The notes: generated by a model from the letters alone, not told the origin. A stretch of DNA of 64,000 nt from Thermosphaera sp. (GCA_038827615.1 JAWBNK010000001.1:122290-186289); one strand, 5' to 3'. Shown: positions 45,220-55,445, counted from the first letter of the stretch. Translations and numbers: made by a program.

Positions 45220-46281
45220 ATGGGAGTAAACCTTAAAGACCTCATCCCAGACGACGCTAAGATAGTTGTTGAAAACATGAGGATCATGAAGGGTAAGGTC
45301 ATCGCGATAGACGCCTACAACGCTCTGTACCAGTTTCTAGCTGCCATCAGGCAGCCTGATGGAACACCCTTAATGGACTCTCAGGGAAGGATTACGAGCC
45401 ATTTAAGCGGGTTGTTCTACAGGACCGTCAACTTCATCGAGGAGGGTCTGAAACCCGTATACGTGTTCGATGGGAAACCCCCGGAGATGAAGGCGAGAGA
45501 GATAGAGCGGAGAAAACAGCTGAGGGAGGAGTCAGCTAGGAAGTATGAAATGGCTGTTGAAGCAGGAGATCTCGAGGCTGCCCGGAGATATGCGATGATG
45601 TCCTCGAAGCTGACGGATGAAATGGTGAAGGAGGCTAAAAGGCTTCTAGACGCCATGGGGGTTCCATGGGTTCAGGCACCCGCTGAGGGCGAGGCTCAAG
45701 CAGCTTATTTAGCCAAGAAAGGTGCGGCCTATGCTTCGGCGAGCCAGGATTACGATAGCCTCCTCTTCGGATCTCCTAGGCTCGTGAGAAATCTCACTGT
45801 CAGCGGTAAGAGGAAGTTGCCGAGGAAGGAGGAGTACGTCGAGATCAAACCGGAGATAATAGAGTTGAACACATTGCTCTCGAAGCTCGGGCTCACATAC
45901 GAGAACCTTGTAGACATAGGCATCCTCATGGGTACGGATTATAATCCCGAGGGTTTTGAAGGAATAGGCGTCAAGAGGGCGTATCAGTTGGTTAAAGCAT
46001 ACGGGTCCATCGAGAAGATACCTAAAGCTCTTCTCAGATCCAGCTTCGAAGTCAACGTAGTCGAGATCAAGAAGTATTTCATACAGCCACCGGTCACCGA
46101 CTCCTACAAGATGGAGTGGAGAGAACCCGATGAGAAACAAGTGCTTGAAATACTGGTCGCGGAGCATGATTTCAGCGATGAGAGGGTTAGGAACGCTTTG
46201 GAGAGGCTTGTCAAAGCGTATAAGGAGAATATAAGGGGTGTTCAAACCGGACTCAGCAAGTGGTTCGCGAAACCCTCCTAG
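45220..46281 (+). CDS. fen: Flap endonuclease FEN-1
   Basis: MGVNLKDLIP..., AIDAYNALYQFL, VYVFDGKPP, APAEGEAQAAYL, SQDYDSLLFG. Confidence 0.95.
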   Translation: MGVNLKDLIPDDAKIVVENMRIMKGKVIAIDAYNALYQFLAAIRQPDGTPLMDSQGRITSHLSGLFYRTVNFIEEGLKPVYVFDGKPPEMKAREIERRKQLREESARKYEMAVEAGDLEAARRYAMMSSKLTDEMVKEAKRLLDAMGVPWVQAPAEGEAQAAYLAKKGAAYASASQDYDSLLFGSPRLVRNLTVSGKRKLPRKEEYVEIKPEIIELNTLLSKLGLTYENLVDIGILMGTDYNPEGFEGIGVKRAYQLVKAYGSIEKIPKALLRSSFEVNVVEIKKYFIQPPVTDSYKMEWREPDEKQVLEILVAEHDFSDERVRNALERLVKAYKENIRGVQTGLSKWFAKPS

Positions 46282-46348
46282 CTTTAAAACAGCGGCAGGT
46301 ATTTTAGCATCCATAACCTAGAGTGTACATGGTGATATTGAGGGGTTT

Positions 46349-46798
46349 GTGTGTATGAGCGGTAAGCCCACTACAGCATTCGCCCTTGTATTGGCTGGCG
46401 GAATATTAGTCATAATCAACTCCATACTCGAGCTGGTGGTCGGGTTAATTATCAGGGGAGTCAGTCCTGGTGAAGTAGTGCCGTTTCCAGCCGGTATGGC
46501 ACTCGTGATGGTCCAATTCCTGAAGATCATACTAATAGTTCTCGGCGTGGTTGGAACGATAGTTGGATTATTGATGATAATTGCGGCAACACGGATTAAT
46601 AGCGGAGAGCCTGGTAAAGTTAGAACATGGTCTGTAATAGGAATAATTCTATCTGTCATCAGCATTCTCGTAGCAGGCGGGGGTTTTTACGTTGGCTTCA
46701 TCCTTGGATTAGTTGGTGGAATACTAGGATTAACGTGGAAACCAGCGGAGGCGGCACCGCAACCTGTCGCTCAAGCCCAGACTCCGCCGCCTGTCTAA
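46349..46798 (+). CDS. Small membrane protein (4 TM) with a Pro/Ala/Gln tail
   Basis: Hydrophobicity only. Confidence 0.45.
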   Translation: MCMSGKPTTAFALVLAGGILVIINSILELVVGLIIRGVSPGEVVPFPAGMALVMVQFLKIILIVLGVVGTIVGLLMIIAATRINSGEPGKVRTWSVIGIILSVISILVAGGGFYVGFILGLVGGILGLTWKPAEAAPQPVAQAQTPPPV

Positions 46799-46809
46799 GC
46801 ACGCATGAT

Positions 46810-47487
46810 TCAACTATTCGACCCCTGCCTCCACCCGTACTCGCCAATCAAGGGGACAAAGACGCACTCAATCCCCCATCGCTTAAAGAGTTTTCCACCT
46901 CTCTTCTCAACTATGACTAGTCTCTGAAGATACCGGTCTCCAATAGGGGCCACGAGAACACCGGGGTCCCCGAGCTGTTCGAGTAGCGGGGGCGGTACAT
47001 TAGGGGCAGCTGCTGTTACAATGATTCTATCGTAAGGAGCGGCATCGGCGTATCCCAAGGTTCCATCGCCAACGATAACCCTCACGAAATCCGCATAACC
47101 AGCCCTCTCGAGATTTAACCTCGCGAACGATGCGAGCTCGGCAATTCTCTCAACTGTGAAGACCATGCCGCCCCCGGCATCCTGCTTCGCAACAATATCT
47201 GCTAGAACGGCGGCTTGATACCCGGAGCCCGTGCCGATCTCTAGGACCCTGTTCCCGGGCTCAGGGTTCAACTCCTCCGTCATGATCGCAACCATGTGGA
47301 TCGCGCTTATCGTCTGCCCCCATCCTATTGGGAGAGGGGTATCGTGGTATGCGAAGTTCTTCATCTTATCCGGGACGAAGAGCTCCCTGGGAACAGTGAG
47401 AAGGGCCTTAATGACTCTTGGATTACGGAGGTAGCCGGCGTCCACAAGGGACCTGACGACCCTCTCCCTCTGTTCTATATAGTCCAA
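46810..47487 (-). CDS. pcm: Protein-L-isoaspartate O-methyltransferase
   Basis: VLEIGTGSGYQAAVLA SAM motif, TISAIHMVA, YDRIIVTAAAP. Confidence 0.9.
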   Translation of the reverse strand: MDYIEQRERVVRSLVDAGYLRNPRVIKALLTVPRELFVPDKMKNFAYHDTPLPIGWGQTISAIHMVAIMTEELNPEPGNRVLEIGTGSGYQAAVLADIVAKQDAGGGMVFTVERIAELASFARLNLERAGYADFVRVIVGDGTLGYADAAPYDRIIVTAAAPNVPPPLLEQLGDPGVLVAPIGDRYLQRLVIVEKRGGKLFKRWGIECVFVPLIGEYGWRQGSNS

Positions 47488-47548
47488 TTTATCCCCTTGA
47501 AAAATATAGGCTACGTGGATTAATTAAACATGGGGATCTAAACTGATA

Positions 47549-48016
47549 GTGGCGAGCGAGCAGGTCACTGCGAGAGGGCACTTCAACATCACGGGCAGGC
47601 ATAAGACAACTCTCGAGATCACGAGGGAGCGGGATCTAACGGTGAGGGGAGATTGTATAATAGGTGTTGAAGCAGATAAGGCTGCCTCAGACTTTTCCAG
47701 CGAATTCAAGAAAGCCTTGAGGGATCCAAGGAATGTTTTACTGATAATTCTGGAAGCCAGAGGGATAAGAGATTTTCTCCTCGCGCATTGCTCAAGCAGC
47801 CTCATTCTAAGCGATACGAGGAGGATTATAGTAAGGAGGAGCGGTTTCATCGAGCCAGCGACGATCGGGTTGCATGCGACGAAAGCAGCAGGCGACTTGA
47901 ACAGGGAGTTGATCAATGCCTTGAAGAACGGCGAAACAGTATTGAAAGCCGATTTTTACGTTCTAAGGCTTGAACAAGTCGAAGCGGTAGATCCCAGCAC
48001 CAGGGGAATACTCTAA
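47549..48016 (+). CDS. DUF371-family protein
   Basis: ARGHFNITGRHKTTLEITRERDLTVRGDCIIGV pattern. Confidence 0.6.
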   Translation: MASEQVTARGHFNITGRHKTTLEITRERDLTVRGDCIIGVEADKAASDFSSEFKKALRDPRNVLLIILEARGIRDFLLAHCSSSLILSDTRRIIVRRSGFIEPATIGLHATKAAGDLNRELINALKNGETVLKADFYVLRLEQVEAVDPSTRGIL

Positions 48017-48928
48017 GACGAGACGTTTACCCATGATTCTCCACTCCGGCAGTAGCGAGACCACCTCTTCCGCCGTCCCTTCAGCATCTCTCGTTAAAAC
48101 ATACAAGTGAAGAAATCCCCCCGGTGCAAGAAGAGTTGAATACGTCTCAGCGAAGTCTAAACTCCTCTTTGGGAGATTTGCGATCACTCTATTGGCGGCC
48201 TCCCTTCTGCCAAGTATGCCTGGTATTTCCGCCGCATCATTATTGAATGGTATGATGAAACCCTTCAATCTCTTCTTGTTTAAAACAATATTCTCAAACA
48301 TTAGCTCGTACGCATCCGGGTTTAAATCATTCGCTATGATAAGTGAAAACCTTTGAGAAGCGATGTGTATTGGAAAACCGCCGATCCCGGAGAACAAATC
48401 GACAACGACTTCCCCGTCCCTCACCATTGATGCAATCCTTCTATGCTCCTCTGCCAGCCTGGGATTGAAGTAGACTTTGCCGAGTCTTACTCGAAAGCTG
48501 AGGCCGTACTCCCTTGCAACGACCTCTTCAGCAGGCTCCCCCCACAGTAGCTTGAGAACAGGTACTCTGAAATCCTCAACCGTTTCCTCTTTAACGTAAA
48601 TAGCCCTCAGCCTAGGATACGTGCACCTGAGGGTCTCAACCACATCCCGGGGGTCCATGGTTTCCAAGACCTTACTCCTAAGGATGGCAACATTTCCGAC
48701 GATGTCGTGTGAAGGCGGCTTAACTCTTGACTCCTTGATCCTTGGATCGCACTCGACTATTTCGAATGAAATATTCTTCAAACACTCGGGGGTGTTAACC
48801 ACAGGTATTAAGACCTTGTCGCCGGCTCTCTCAATAAGGTATTTCTCATCGATCAAACCCTTCCTCCTCAAGAGGGTTATAGCTTCTTCAGCCCGCCTCT
48901 TATCGATGCTTACGCAGAGTTTTCCCAA
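47963..48928 (-). CDS. trm5: tRNA (guanine37-N1)-methyltransferase Trm5 (Met-10+ family)
   Basis: VVDLFSGIGGFPIHIA SAM motif and ANDLNPDAYE (NxxNP catalytic motif). Confidence 0.8.
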   Translation of the reverse strand: MGKLCVSIDKRRAEEAITLLRRKGLIDEKYLIERAGDKVLIPVVNTPECLKNISFEIVECDPRIKESRVKPPSHDIVGNVAILRSKVLETMDPRDVVETLRCTYPRLRAIYVKEETVEDFRVPVLKLLWGEPAEEVVAREYGLSFRVRLGKVYFNPRLAEEHRRIASMVRDGEVVVDLFSGIGGFPIHIASQRFSLIIANDLNPDAYELMFENIVLNKKRLKGFIIPFNNDAAEIPGILGRREAANRVIANLPKRSLDFAETYSTLLAPGGFLHLYVLTRDAEGTAEEVVSLLPEWRIMGKRLVLEYSPGAGIYRFDLFKP

Positions 48929-49010
48929 TCCGATAGACCGCCTCCATGGATCTATTTTATTGTTAAACCTATATTACTAGGTTCACCATATCATTGATCG
49001 TGGATAGGGA

Positions 49011-49829
49011 ATGTTCGCAAAGGTCGGATTAATCTACAAGCCTACTTTGAAATGTATCGAAATGGTTAAAGAAGTATCCAACATCTTTGCGGGCAAGGGT
49101 CTGAAAGTGGACGTGTACACGGTGGACGATGTAATCCCCGCTGAAATCGGGCAATCAGACCTCGTAATAGTAGTGGGCGGGGATGGGACGCTGCTCAAGG
49201 CATCTATAACACTCCAGGCTAGTGAGGCGCCGATTCTACCAATTCTGTGCGGAAGGAGAGGAGCATTCTACGACCCATTAGATGAACCTTTAAGCGTGAT
49301 AGTTGAAAAAATCATCAAAGGCGACTTCGTGATTCAATACTATCCCAGGTTGAAAGCGTGTAGAGGCGGGGAATGCAGAGTTTTCATCAACGAGTTAGCG
49401 ATCTCGTCAATGGATCAGGGGAAGGTGACGGGTTTCAGCGTTTCTATCAGCACGCCAGGGATCTCGTCCAGGTACGAGTTCGAAGGGGATGGGGTACTGG
49501 TTTCCTCCTCGCCGGGTTCAGCAGCCTACAACTTGTCAGCTGGAGGACCCTTGGTCGATGCATGGAATGATTTAATGATAATAACACCTCTCAACCCTAT
49601 GCAGTTGAAAATACCGTCTATCGTGCTTCCAGCATCCTTAACCGCGGTGAGAGTATCTTGCAGGGGCTTTTCAACGATGTTCCTGGACGGGGAGAAAATA
49701 GCGACCCTAGGGAAAGGGGAAGAAGTCTTAATCACGGGTTCAGGCAAATATCTAAGAGTAGCGAGGTTCAAATCCCGGAGGGATTTGATAAGAAATGTCA
49801 TTGAAAGCAGGAGGGTCGTGTTCGACTAG
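49011..49829 (+). CDS. nadK: NAD kinase
   Basis: VVGGDGTLL, NELAI, GDGVLVSSSPGSAAYNLSAGGP. Confidence 0.9.
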   Translation: MFAKVGLIYKPTLKCIEMVKEVSNIFAGKGLKVDVYTVDDVIPAEIGQSDLVIVVGGDGTLLKASITLQASEAPILPILCGRRGAFYDPLDEPLSVIVEKIIKGDFVIQYYPRLKACRGGECRVFINELAISSMDQGKVTGFSVSISTPGISSRYEFEGDGVLVSSSPGSAAYNLSAGGPLVDAWNDLMIITPLNPMQLKIPSIVLPASLTAVRVSCRGFSTMFLDGEKIATLGKGEEVLITGSGKYLRVARFKSRRDLIRNVIESRRVVFD

Positions 49830-50340
49830 TAGAGTCATCGTGCTCGACGCCTCCGCAGTTCTCGCAAAGATGTACAGGCTCCTGCCCCGATACGAGCTAG
49901 AGGTCTACACCACGCCTGGAGTGGTGAGCGAAATACTGGACTCGGAGAGCAGGCAGGCTCTTGAGGAATCCTTGGAGCTCGGGTTGCTGAGGGTTCGCTC
50001 ACCTAGTAAGGCAAGCATCGATCTAGTCGTTAAGGAGGCGTCGAGGATTGGGGAAGTCTCAAAACTCTCGAAAACCGACGTGGAAATAGCTGCTCTAGCA
50101 CTAGAGCTAAGGAATTCTTCAAAAACTATAGTCTTCACAGATGATTACAGTCTCCAAAACCTTCTCCTCCATTTAAAAATAGGCTTCAGACCGGTGAAAA
50201 CCACGGGAATCACTGAGGAAAGAGTTTATGTGGAGAAATGCCCTGTCTGCGGTTACGTTCCCGGGGAGCCGGGCGAGAAGACATGCCCTCTCTGCGGGGG
50301 CGAGATCAAAAGGTTTAGGGCTTCCTCAAAAGAGCGATGA
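49795..50340 (+). CDS. nob1: Nob1-like PIN-domain endonuclease with a C-terminal Zn ribbon
   Basis: VIVLDASAV PIN N-motif, FTDDYSLQN, CPVCG-x13-CPLCG; exact start uncertain (overlaps the nadK end). Confidence 0.7.
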   Translation: MSLKAGGSCSTSRVIVLDASAVLAKMYRLLPRYELEVYTTPGVVSEILDSESRQALEESLELGLLRVRSPSKASIDLVVKEASRIGEVSKLSKTDVEIAALALELRNSSKTIVFTDDYSLQNLLLHLKIGFRPVKTTGITEERVYVEKCPVCGYVPGEPGEKTCPLCGGEIKRFRASSKER

Positions 50341-51478
50341 AATACCCGGGCATATCGTTGTTTAAAGGATGGAATCTGTAGCCAACCGTGCCTTTAAAAT
50401 ACACTTTGTCAACGCGTGGATCTCTCAGGTCTGCCTCGATATTTTCGAGGCCGAGTTCTTCAACGGCGTACGACACGATCTCTTCGTTCTCTCTAAGCGT
50501 TAGCGTGCAAGTGGAGTATGCGACGACTCCACCGCTCTTCAGGAGCTTATACGCTGTTCTGAGAAACTGCTTCTGATACTCCGCGTTGCTTAAGACATCA
50601 TTAATAGTCTTATTGAAAACGAGCTTAGGTCTAACCCCGAGATTACTGCAAGGAGGATCGACTAGAACCTTATCTGCTCTTCCCTCGAGTCCAAAGTCGA
50701 GGTGAGCGTAGCGAGAGTCGTATGGAATCGCTGCAACGTTGCTGATCAACCCGAGCCTCGTCAAGTTTGACCTTAAAAGGGCGACTTTGCCTTCGTTTCG
50801 ATCGAATGCTATCACCCTAGCTCTCCCCTTAGTGTACTGTATAACATGTCCTGTTTTCCCTCCCGGGGAAGCATTCAAGTCTACTACTAAGTCCCCGGGG
50901 TGAGGATCTAGCAACAGTGTCGTGTACATCGCGGGCAGGCTTTGAGGGTAAACCCAACCCTTCTTGTAAACGGGTAACTCGCTAATGGGTGGTGATTTGT
51001 AGATAGAGTGAACGTTTACTCCCACTAAGCCCTCCTTCATTTTGAACAGAGTGCTTGATGATACACGCGTTTCGACCACTCCGACGTAGAAACCGCTCTT
51101 CGACAATACTTTAACAAACTCCCCAGTTCTAAAAGAGTCAGCCTTCAAAACCCCAGGTCTGTATAGATTAGACCCCATCATCACGGAAACAGCAGCCTTC
51201 TCGTCTACCACTATCTCCTTTTCAACGTCCCTCGGCAAAGAGAACGGTCCTTCAAGCCTCACATAGATTGCTTCACTAACGTGTTCATCCCGCCAGGCTC
51301 TTATACCCTGGGCATTAAGCTCGTTCAACACGTCTTCAGCGGTGGTCTTCATCGTGTTGACTCTCAGGTAGAGTCTAATCGGAGGGGCTCTCAGAGCATT
51401 TATTAAACTAGCGGTCAAACTCCCGAAGGCTCTTCCAAGCTCTTTTACGATTTCCTCGTCGATTTCACAGCATCTCAT
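50315..51478 (-). CDS. NOL1/NOP2/Sun-family RNA cytosine-C5 methyltransferase with a PUA domain
   Basis: DLNASPGGKTGH, VLVDPPCSNLGVRPK, YSTCTL catalytic Cys motifs. Confidence 0.85.
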   Translation of the reverse strand: MRCCEIDEEIVKELGRAFGSLTASLINALRAPPIRLYLRVNTMKTTAEDVLNELNAQGIRAWRDEHVSEAIYVRLEGPFSLPRDVEKEIVVDEKAAVSVMMGSNLYRPGVLKADSFRTGEFVKVLSKSGFYVGVVETRVSSSTLFKMKEGLVGVNVHSIYKSPPISELPVYKKGWVYPQSLPAMYTTLLLDPHPGDLVVDLNASPGGKTGHVIQYTKGRARVIAFDRNEGKVALLRSNLTRLGLISNVAAIPYDSRYAHLDFGLEGRADKVLVDPPCSNLGVRPKLVFNKTINDVLSNAEYQKQFLRTAYKLLKSGGVVAYSTCTLTLRENEEIVSYAVEELGLENIEADLRDPRVDKVYFKGTVGYRFHPLNNDMPGYFIALLRKP

Positions 51479-51572
51479 CGCAGTTCATCCGGTTTCAGAA
51501 ATCCTTATTAGATATTTTGTCATATAGTTTTTATCAGCCAGGAATCTACTCGGTTGAAGAGGTGAGAATCGA

Positions 51573-51893
51573 ATGTCTTCCTCGACGCGAATAACTGACA
51601 AGGAGCTGAACGAAGCGCTTATGGATAAGCAGGAGAAGAAGCCGGTCGACGAGAAGCAACGATGGGTCAACAGGATCATGAAGAGTGCTAAACAATACCA
51701 TAAGATATGCCCTTACTTCGACAAGAGGACGAAGATGTGTTTCATAACTCTCGGGACGAAGTGCGACAGAGAGGGAAAATTCGATACATGCCCGGTGTTC
51801 AAGGCGTTCTTAGAGAAGAAATTCGACGAGTACAAGGCGAAGAATCAGCCACTGCCCTTGGACTTCTCAGATGTTGTAGCATCCCCGTTGTAG
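51573..51893 (+). CDS. Small Cys-rich hypothetical protein
   Basis: CPYF-x7-C-x7-C-x9-CPVF spacing; no family recognised. Confidence 0.4.
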   Translation: MSSSTRITDKELNEALMDKQEKKPVDEKQRWVNRIMKSAKQYHKICPYFDKRTKMCFITLGTKCDREGKFDTCPVFKAFLEKKFDEYKAKNQPLPLDFSDVVASPL

Positions 51894-51902
51894 GTGTGAG
51901 AC

Positions 51903-52121
51903 TTGGAGAAGAAGTATTTCGTGGAGAACATCGGAAATGCTTGGATAGAATACGATCGGCAGAACGACATACTTTACATAAACTTCACGGATGAGACCAG
52001 CGACGCTGATGAAGAAGTGTTAAGCGAGGATGGTGACGTCGTGTTTAGGCTGAAGGAGGGACGTTTAATATCACTAATGATTTTAAACTTTAGCGAGAAA
52101 ATCGGCGCAACCATTCTCTAG
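51903..52121 (+). CDS. DUF2283-family small protein
   Basis: WIEYDRQNDILYINF pattern. Confidence 0.55.
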   Translation: MEKKYFVENIGNAWIEYDRQNDILYINFTDETSDADEEVLSEDGDVVFRLKEGRLISLMILNFSEKIGATIL

Positions 52122-52123
52122 GG

Positions 52124-52441
52124 TCAATACGCGTCGCCCACGCCTCTCAACATTCTCCTCGCGAAAGAGTATTCAAGCGGTAGCAGCTTACTGATCTCAA
52201 GAAACAGCTCTTCCGACCCCTCGCCTATGAGATCGATCAACACTGTGTCGCCTCTCAAGTTGATAAAAGCCATAGTGCTTCTACAAGCATACGTGATAGT
52301 TTTCTCAAAGGAGCCGTAGGCCTCCACATTCTCCTCGAATATTTTAACACAGCCCCTCTCTCCAAAGATTTCGTACAGGCTTCCTTTGAGCTTGGAGTAC
52401 AAAGTATCTATGAGGAAGTGCGGTATCACTTTTACCCCCAT
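52124..52441 (-). CDS. Hypothetical protein
   Basis: ORF only; 1-nt overlap with the upstream gene. Confidence 0.35.
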   Translation of the reverse strand: MGVKVIPHFLIDTLYSKLKGSLYEIFGERGCVKIFEENVEAYGSFEKTITYACRSTMAFINLRGDTVLIDLIGEGSEELFLEISKLLPLEYSFARRMLRGVGDAY

Positions 52442-52737
52442 TAAATACTCTCTATAAACTCCTTGAACCTCACGGGTTTTACAACGTATACTCTGACCCC
52501 TGCTTCCTCTACAGCGAATTCTTTCTCGTCAGCTATGCCCGAGGTGACTAGGATGCTTGCATCGTATTCTTCGAGCAGTTCCTCGAGAGTATCTACGTCG
52601 TTTCTCGGGGAAGGTATCTCGGCGATAATTCTCCTCGAATCCATATCGTACACTACTAGCTTCTCCGATGTAGCTAGGGGCGAGATTCGTTCCTTATCGA
52701 CGGTTATAAATATTATATTGTTTCCAGCCATGAACAC
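52441..52737 (-). CDS. Small NifX/NifB-C-like (dinitrogenase FeMo-cofactor-binding fold) domain protein
   Basis: Length and the pattern ...LVVYDMD...ILVTSGIADEK..AGVRVY resemble this family; weak. Confidence 0.3.
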   Translation of the reverse strand: MFMAGNNIIFITVDKERISPLATSEKLVVYDMDSRRIIAEIPSPRNDVDTLEELLEEYDASILVTSGIADEKEFAVEEAGVRVYVVKPVRFKEFIESI

Positions 52738-52796
52738 ACCAATATCAAGGATACTGGCTTCAACAACTTATAAATAACGAGTAGAAATATATCTGG

Positions 52797-53657
52797 GTGA
52801 GGCTTCTGGGAATGATCATTGATTTGGAGAGAGCTAGAGAGATAGGGAGAATGCTAAAAGTTTTCTCGCACCTTACTCATGTTTTCGAGAGAAACGATCC
52901 ACAGTACCGAGCGGTAGAGAAGATAGTGGAAGCGAAAGGATGTAGTCAGGCCGCGCTAATCGTGCTGGGTAACTCCCTTGCAAGCTACAAGCTCAACGTG
53001 AGAGGAGAGGAGTATTGGACTGCGCTCGCAGAATATATTTCACGTTCCGAAGGCACTCCGGAAAGAGCCCTTATCCGGTTCCTATCGGATAGGAGAGACC
53101 TCGCTCGCTTAATAGATCAAAAGATAAGGAGGATTCAAGCATTCTTCAAAAGCGAGCTTAGTAGGGAGTTAAGCGTAGATGGTCTGGGATATTGTTCGCG
53201 TCTCAACGCATTGAGGAACGAGCTAGCGGCCTCGCTGAATACGAGCAGGAATTCTAAGACGATTTTGTTCGCGGTGAAGATGTATTACTATTTGTGCTCA
53301 GCGTGCGGGAGGGATACTGGGGAAGATATCGACCTCCCAATAGACTCGAGGAACTCAAGGCTATCCTTATGGTCTTGCATCGTGAGAGGGTGTCATGGAG
53401 GGTTAGATGTCTGTGCAGAGAAGCTGATGAGGGATCCCTATAGAGGGGAGCTGGTTCATGCTTGGAGAATAGTATGTAAAGAATCAGGCATTCCATGCGT
53501 AAAGCTCGACTCTGTAACATGGCTTCTAACTGGCGTCCTCGCGGATTCAGGCTTGAACCCGGAGGTTGCTAAGTCGAAGATCTTTGAAAAGTTCAATATT
53601 GAACTACCTCTTGAAGTAGTCGAAGAGTTTTTAAAATGCACGGGTGATTCCGAGTGA
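52797..53657 (+). CDS. agog: Archaeal 8-oxoguanine DNA glycosylase/lyase (AGOG)
   Basis: ERNDPQYRAV, LGNSLASYKLNVRGEEYW, SKTILFAVKMYYY, DLPIDSRNSRLSLW and SGIPCVKLDSVTWLL parallel the conserved blocks of Pyrobaculum AGOG as I recall them. Confidence 0.8.
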   Translation: MRLLGMIIDLERAREIGRMLKVFSHLTHVFERNDPQYRAVEKIVEAKGCSQAALIVLGNSLASYKLNVRGEEYWTALAEYISRSEGTPERALIRFLSDRRDLARLIDQKIRRIQAFFKSELSRELSVDGLGYCSRLNALRNELAASLNTSRNSKTILFAVKMYYYLCSACGRDTGEDIDLPIDSRNSRLSLWSCIVRGCHGGLDVCAEKLMRDPYRGELVHAWRIVCKESGIPCVKLDSVTWLLTGVLADSGLNPEVAKSKIFEKFNIELPLEVVEEFLKCTGDSE

Positions 53658-54262
53658 ACTTAAGTATACTGGAGCAGTTATCCAGGAGCCTCCTCGGAGG
53701 GGATTTTGACCACGGGTTTCCCCATGTAGAGAGAGTGTTGAACTGGGCTAAGAGGATCTCTTTCCACGAGGATTTAGAGGTAAACTGGGAATTGTTAAAG
53801 ACGATAGTCCTCCTACACGACCTCGGTAGGATGGTCGGAGAACCTCACGCTTACTATTCTGGACTGATAGCGGAAGAATTACTAGGAGAAATGGAGGCTC
53901 CACCAAGCTTCAAGCGCAGAGTCGTCAACGCGATCCTATTCCACAGCTTCTCCTATAGGAGGAGGGAGAAAGTGAACCCGGAGTCTACGGAAGCACTCGT
54001 TGTCAGCGATGCTGATAAGTTGGATGCTCTCGGAGTTGTGGGGTTTCTCAGAGTATTCCTGTTCAGCTTCAAGCATGGGAGGAGTTTGGAAGAAACCCTC
54101 AGGCATTTTGAAGAGAAGATCTTCAATCTCGACAGTGAATTGTTCTTCAACTACTCGAGGACTCTAGCTGAAGAACTGGCGGCGAGGACGAAGAAACTGG
54201 TGGGTGATCTTCTCTCTGAGCTTAGCTCAAACTCCCTGGGTAAGAGTGATAAGGGGTATTGA
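53654..54262 (+). CDS. HD-domain phosphohydrolase
   Basis: GFPHVERV...LLHDLGR...SDADKLD. Confidence 0.8.
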   Translation: MNLSILEQLSRSLLGGDFDHGFPHVERVLNWAKRISFHEDLEVNWELLKTIVLLHDLGRMVGEPHAYYSGLIAEELLGEMEAPPSFKRRVVNAILFHSFSYRRREKVNPESTEALVVSDADKLDALGVVGFLRVFLFSFKHGRSLEETLRHFEEKIFNLDSELFFNYSRTLAEELAARTKKLVGDLLSELSSNSLGKSDKGY

Positions 54263-55419
54263 AGAATTTTTACCAGTGGATGAGAGTTTTGGAATGGTTT
54301 ATAACGATGATTCGTGCACGACCCGACGCTATTCTAGTATGGGATGATCCGGATGTATGCGAGAGACTTTCATGGTATTACAGCGTGATGAAGAATTTGA
54401 GGCCAGCTAAGTTCATGATAGCTAAACGCGTCCGAGTCGAAGAAAATCCATACAGGATGGATTTGCCGACCGAGGAACTATGGAGGATCCACGATAAAGC
54501 ATCATTAGACTTTAAGAAAATATTCGATGAAGTTAGAAATGATGCCCTGAGTATTGATAAGCTTGAGGAGCCTGAATACAGTCTCATTGACGCTAAGATA
54601 GCTCTGGCTTACAGGCTATACTCTCCATGTAGGTTGTGTGAGAGAAGGTGTGGTGCTCTAAGGAGTCGAGGCAAGCCTGGAGTTTGCTCAATGGATAGGG
54701 AGTGCATCGTCCACTCCTACTTCCACCATATGGGCGAGGAAGCCCCTCTGGTACCCAGTGGAACAATATTCTATGGGGGGTGTAATTTCAAGTGTGCTTT
54801 CTGCCAAAACTACGATATAAGCCAGGTCTCCCCTAGGAGCGGTGAGAGGCTCACTGCCGAGGGCTTGGCGAGGATACAGGAGTCGTTAAGGAATAGCGGG
54901 GCGCGCAATATAAACCATGTAGGGGGAGAGCCCACTCCACACTTGCCTTTCATACTCGAGAGTCTGAAGCACGTTAAAGTGAATACGCCCCAGCTTTGGA
55001 ACAGTAATATGTACATGAGCCTAGAGTCCATGAAGCTCTTGATAGATGTGATAGACATATGGTTGCCTGACTTCAAGTACGGATCCGATGAGTGCGCGTG
55101 GAGGCTCAGCAGAGTGAGGAATTACTGGGAGGTCGTAACTAGAAATCATAAGATCGCTTACGAAAACGGAGACATGATCATTAGGCATCTCGTCCTACCG
55201 AACCATATCGAGTGTTGCACGAGAAGGGTTTTAGAATGGATTTCTCAAAACACGCCGAGGGTGCTTGTGAACATAATGGAGCAGTATAGACCGGAACACT
55301 TAGTCTTGAAATACCCGGATAAGTATCCCGACATTAAAAGACGCCTCACCCGCGAGGAATTAAGGAAAGCGTATGAGATAGGGGATGCGCTCGGCATAGT
55401 ATATAAGCCCGTTTCATAG
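54259..55419 (+). CDS. Radical-SAM protein, PflX-like (pyruvate-formate-lyase-activase-related)
   Basis: CNFKCAFCQNYDIS cluster motif; upstream CRLCERRC. Confidence 0.75.
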   Translation: MKNFYQWMRVLEWFITMIRARPDAILVWDDPDVCERLSWYYSVMKNLRPAKFMIAKRVRVEENPYRMDLPTEELWRIHDKASLDFKKIFDEVRNDALSIDKLEEPEYSLIDAKIALAYRLYSPCRLCERRCGALRSRGKPGVCSMDRECIVHSYFHHMGEEAPLVPSGTIFYGGCNFKCAFCQNYDISQVSPRSGERLTAEGLARIQESLRNSGARNINHVGGEPTPHLPFILESLKHVKVNTPQLWNSNMYMSLESMKLLIDVIDIWLPDFKYGSDECAWRLSRVRNYWEVVTRNHKIAYENGDMIIRHLVLPNHIECCTRRVLEWISQNTPRVLVNIMEQYRPEHLVLKYPDKYPDIKRRLTREELRKAYEIGDALGIVYKPVS

Positions 55420-55445
55420 TCTAGGATAGTCGAGCGGATTCTACG

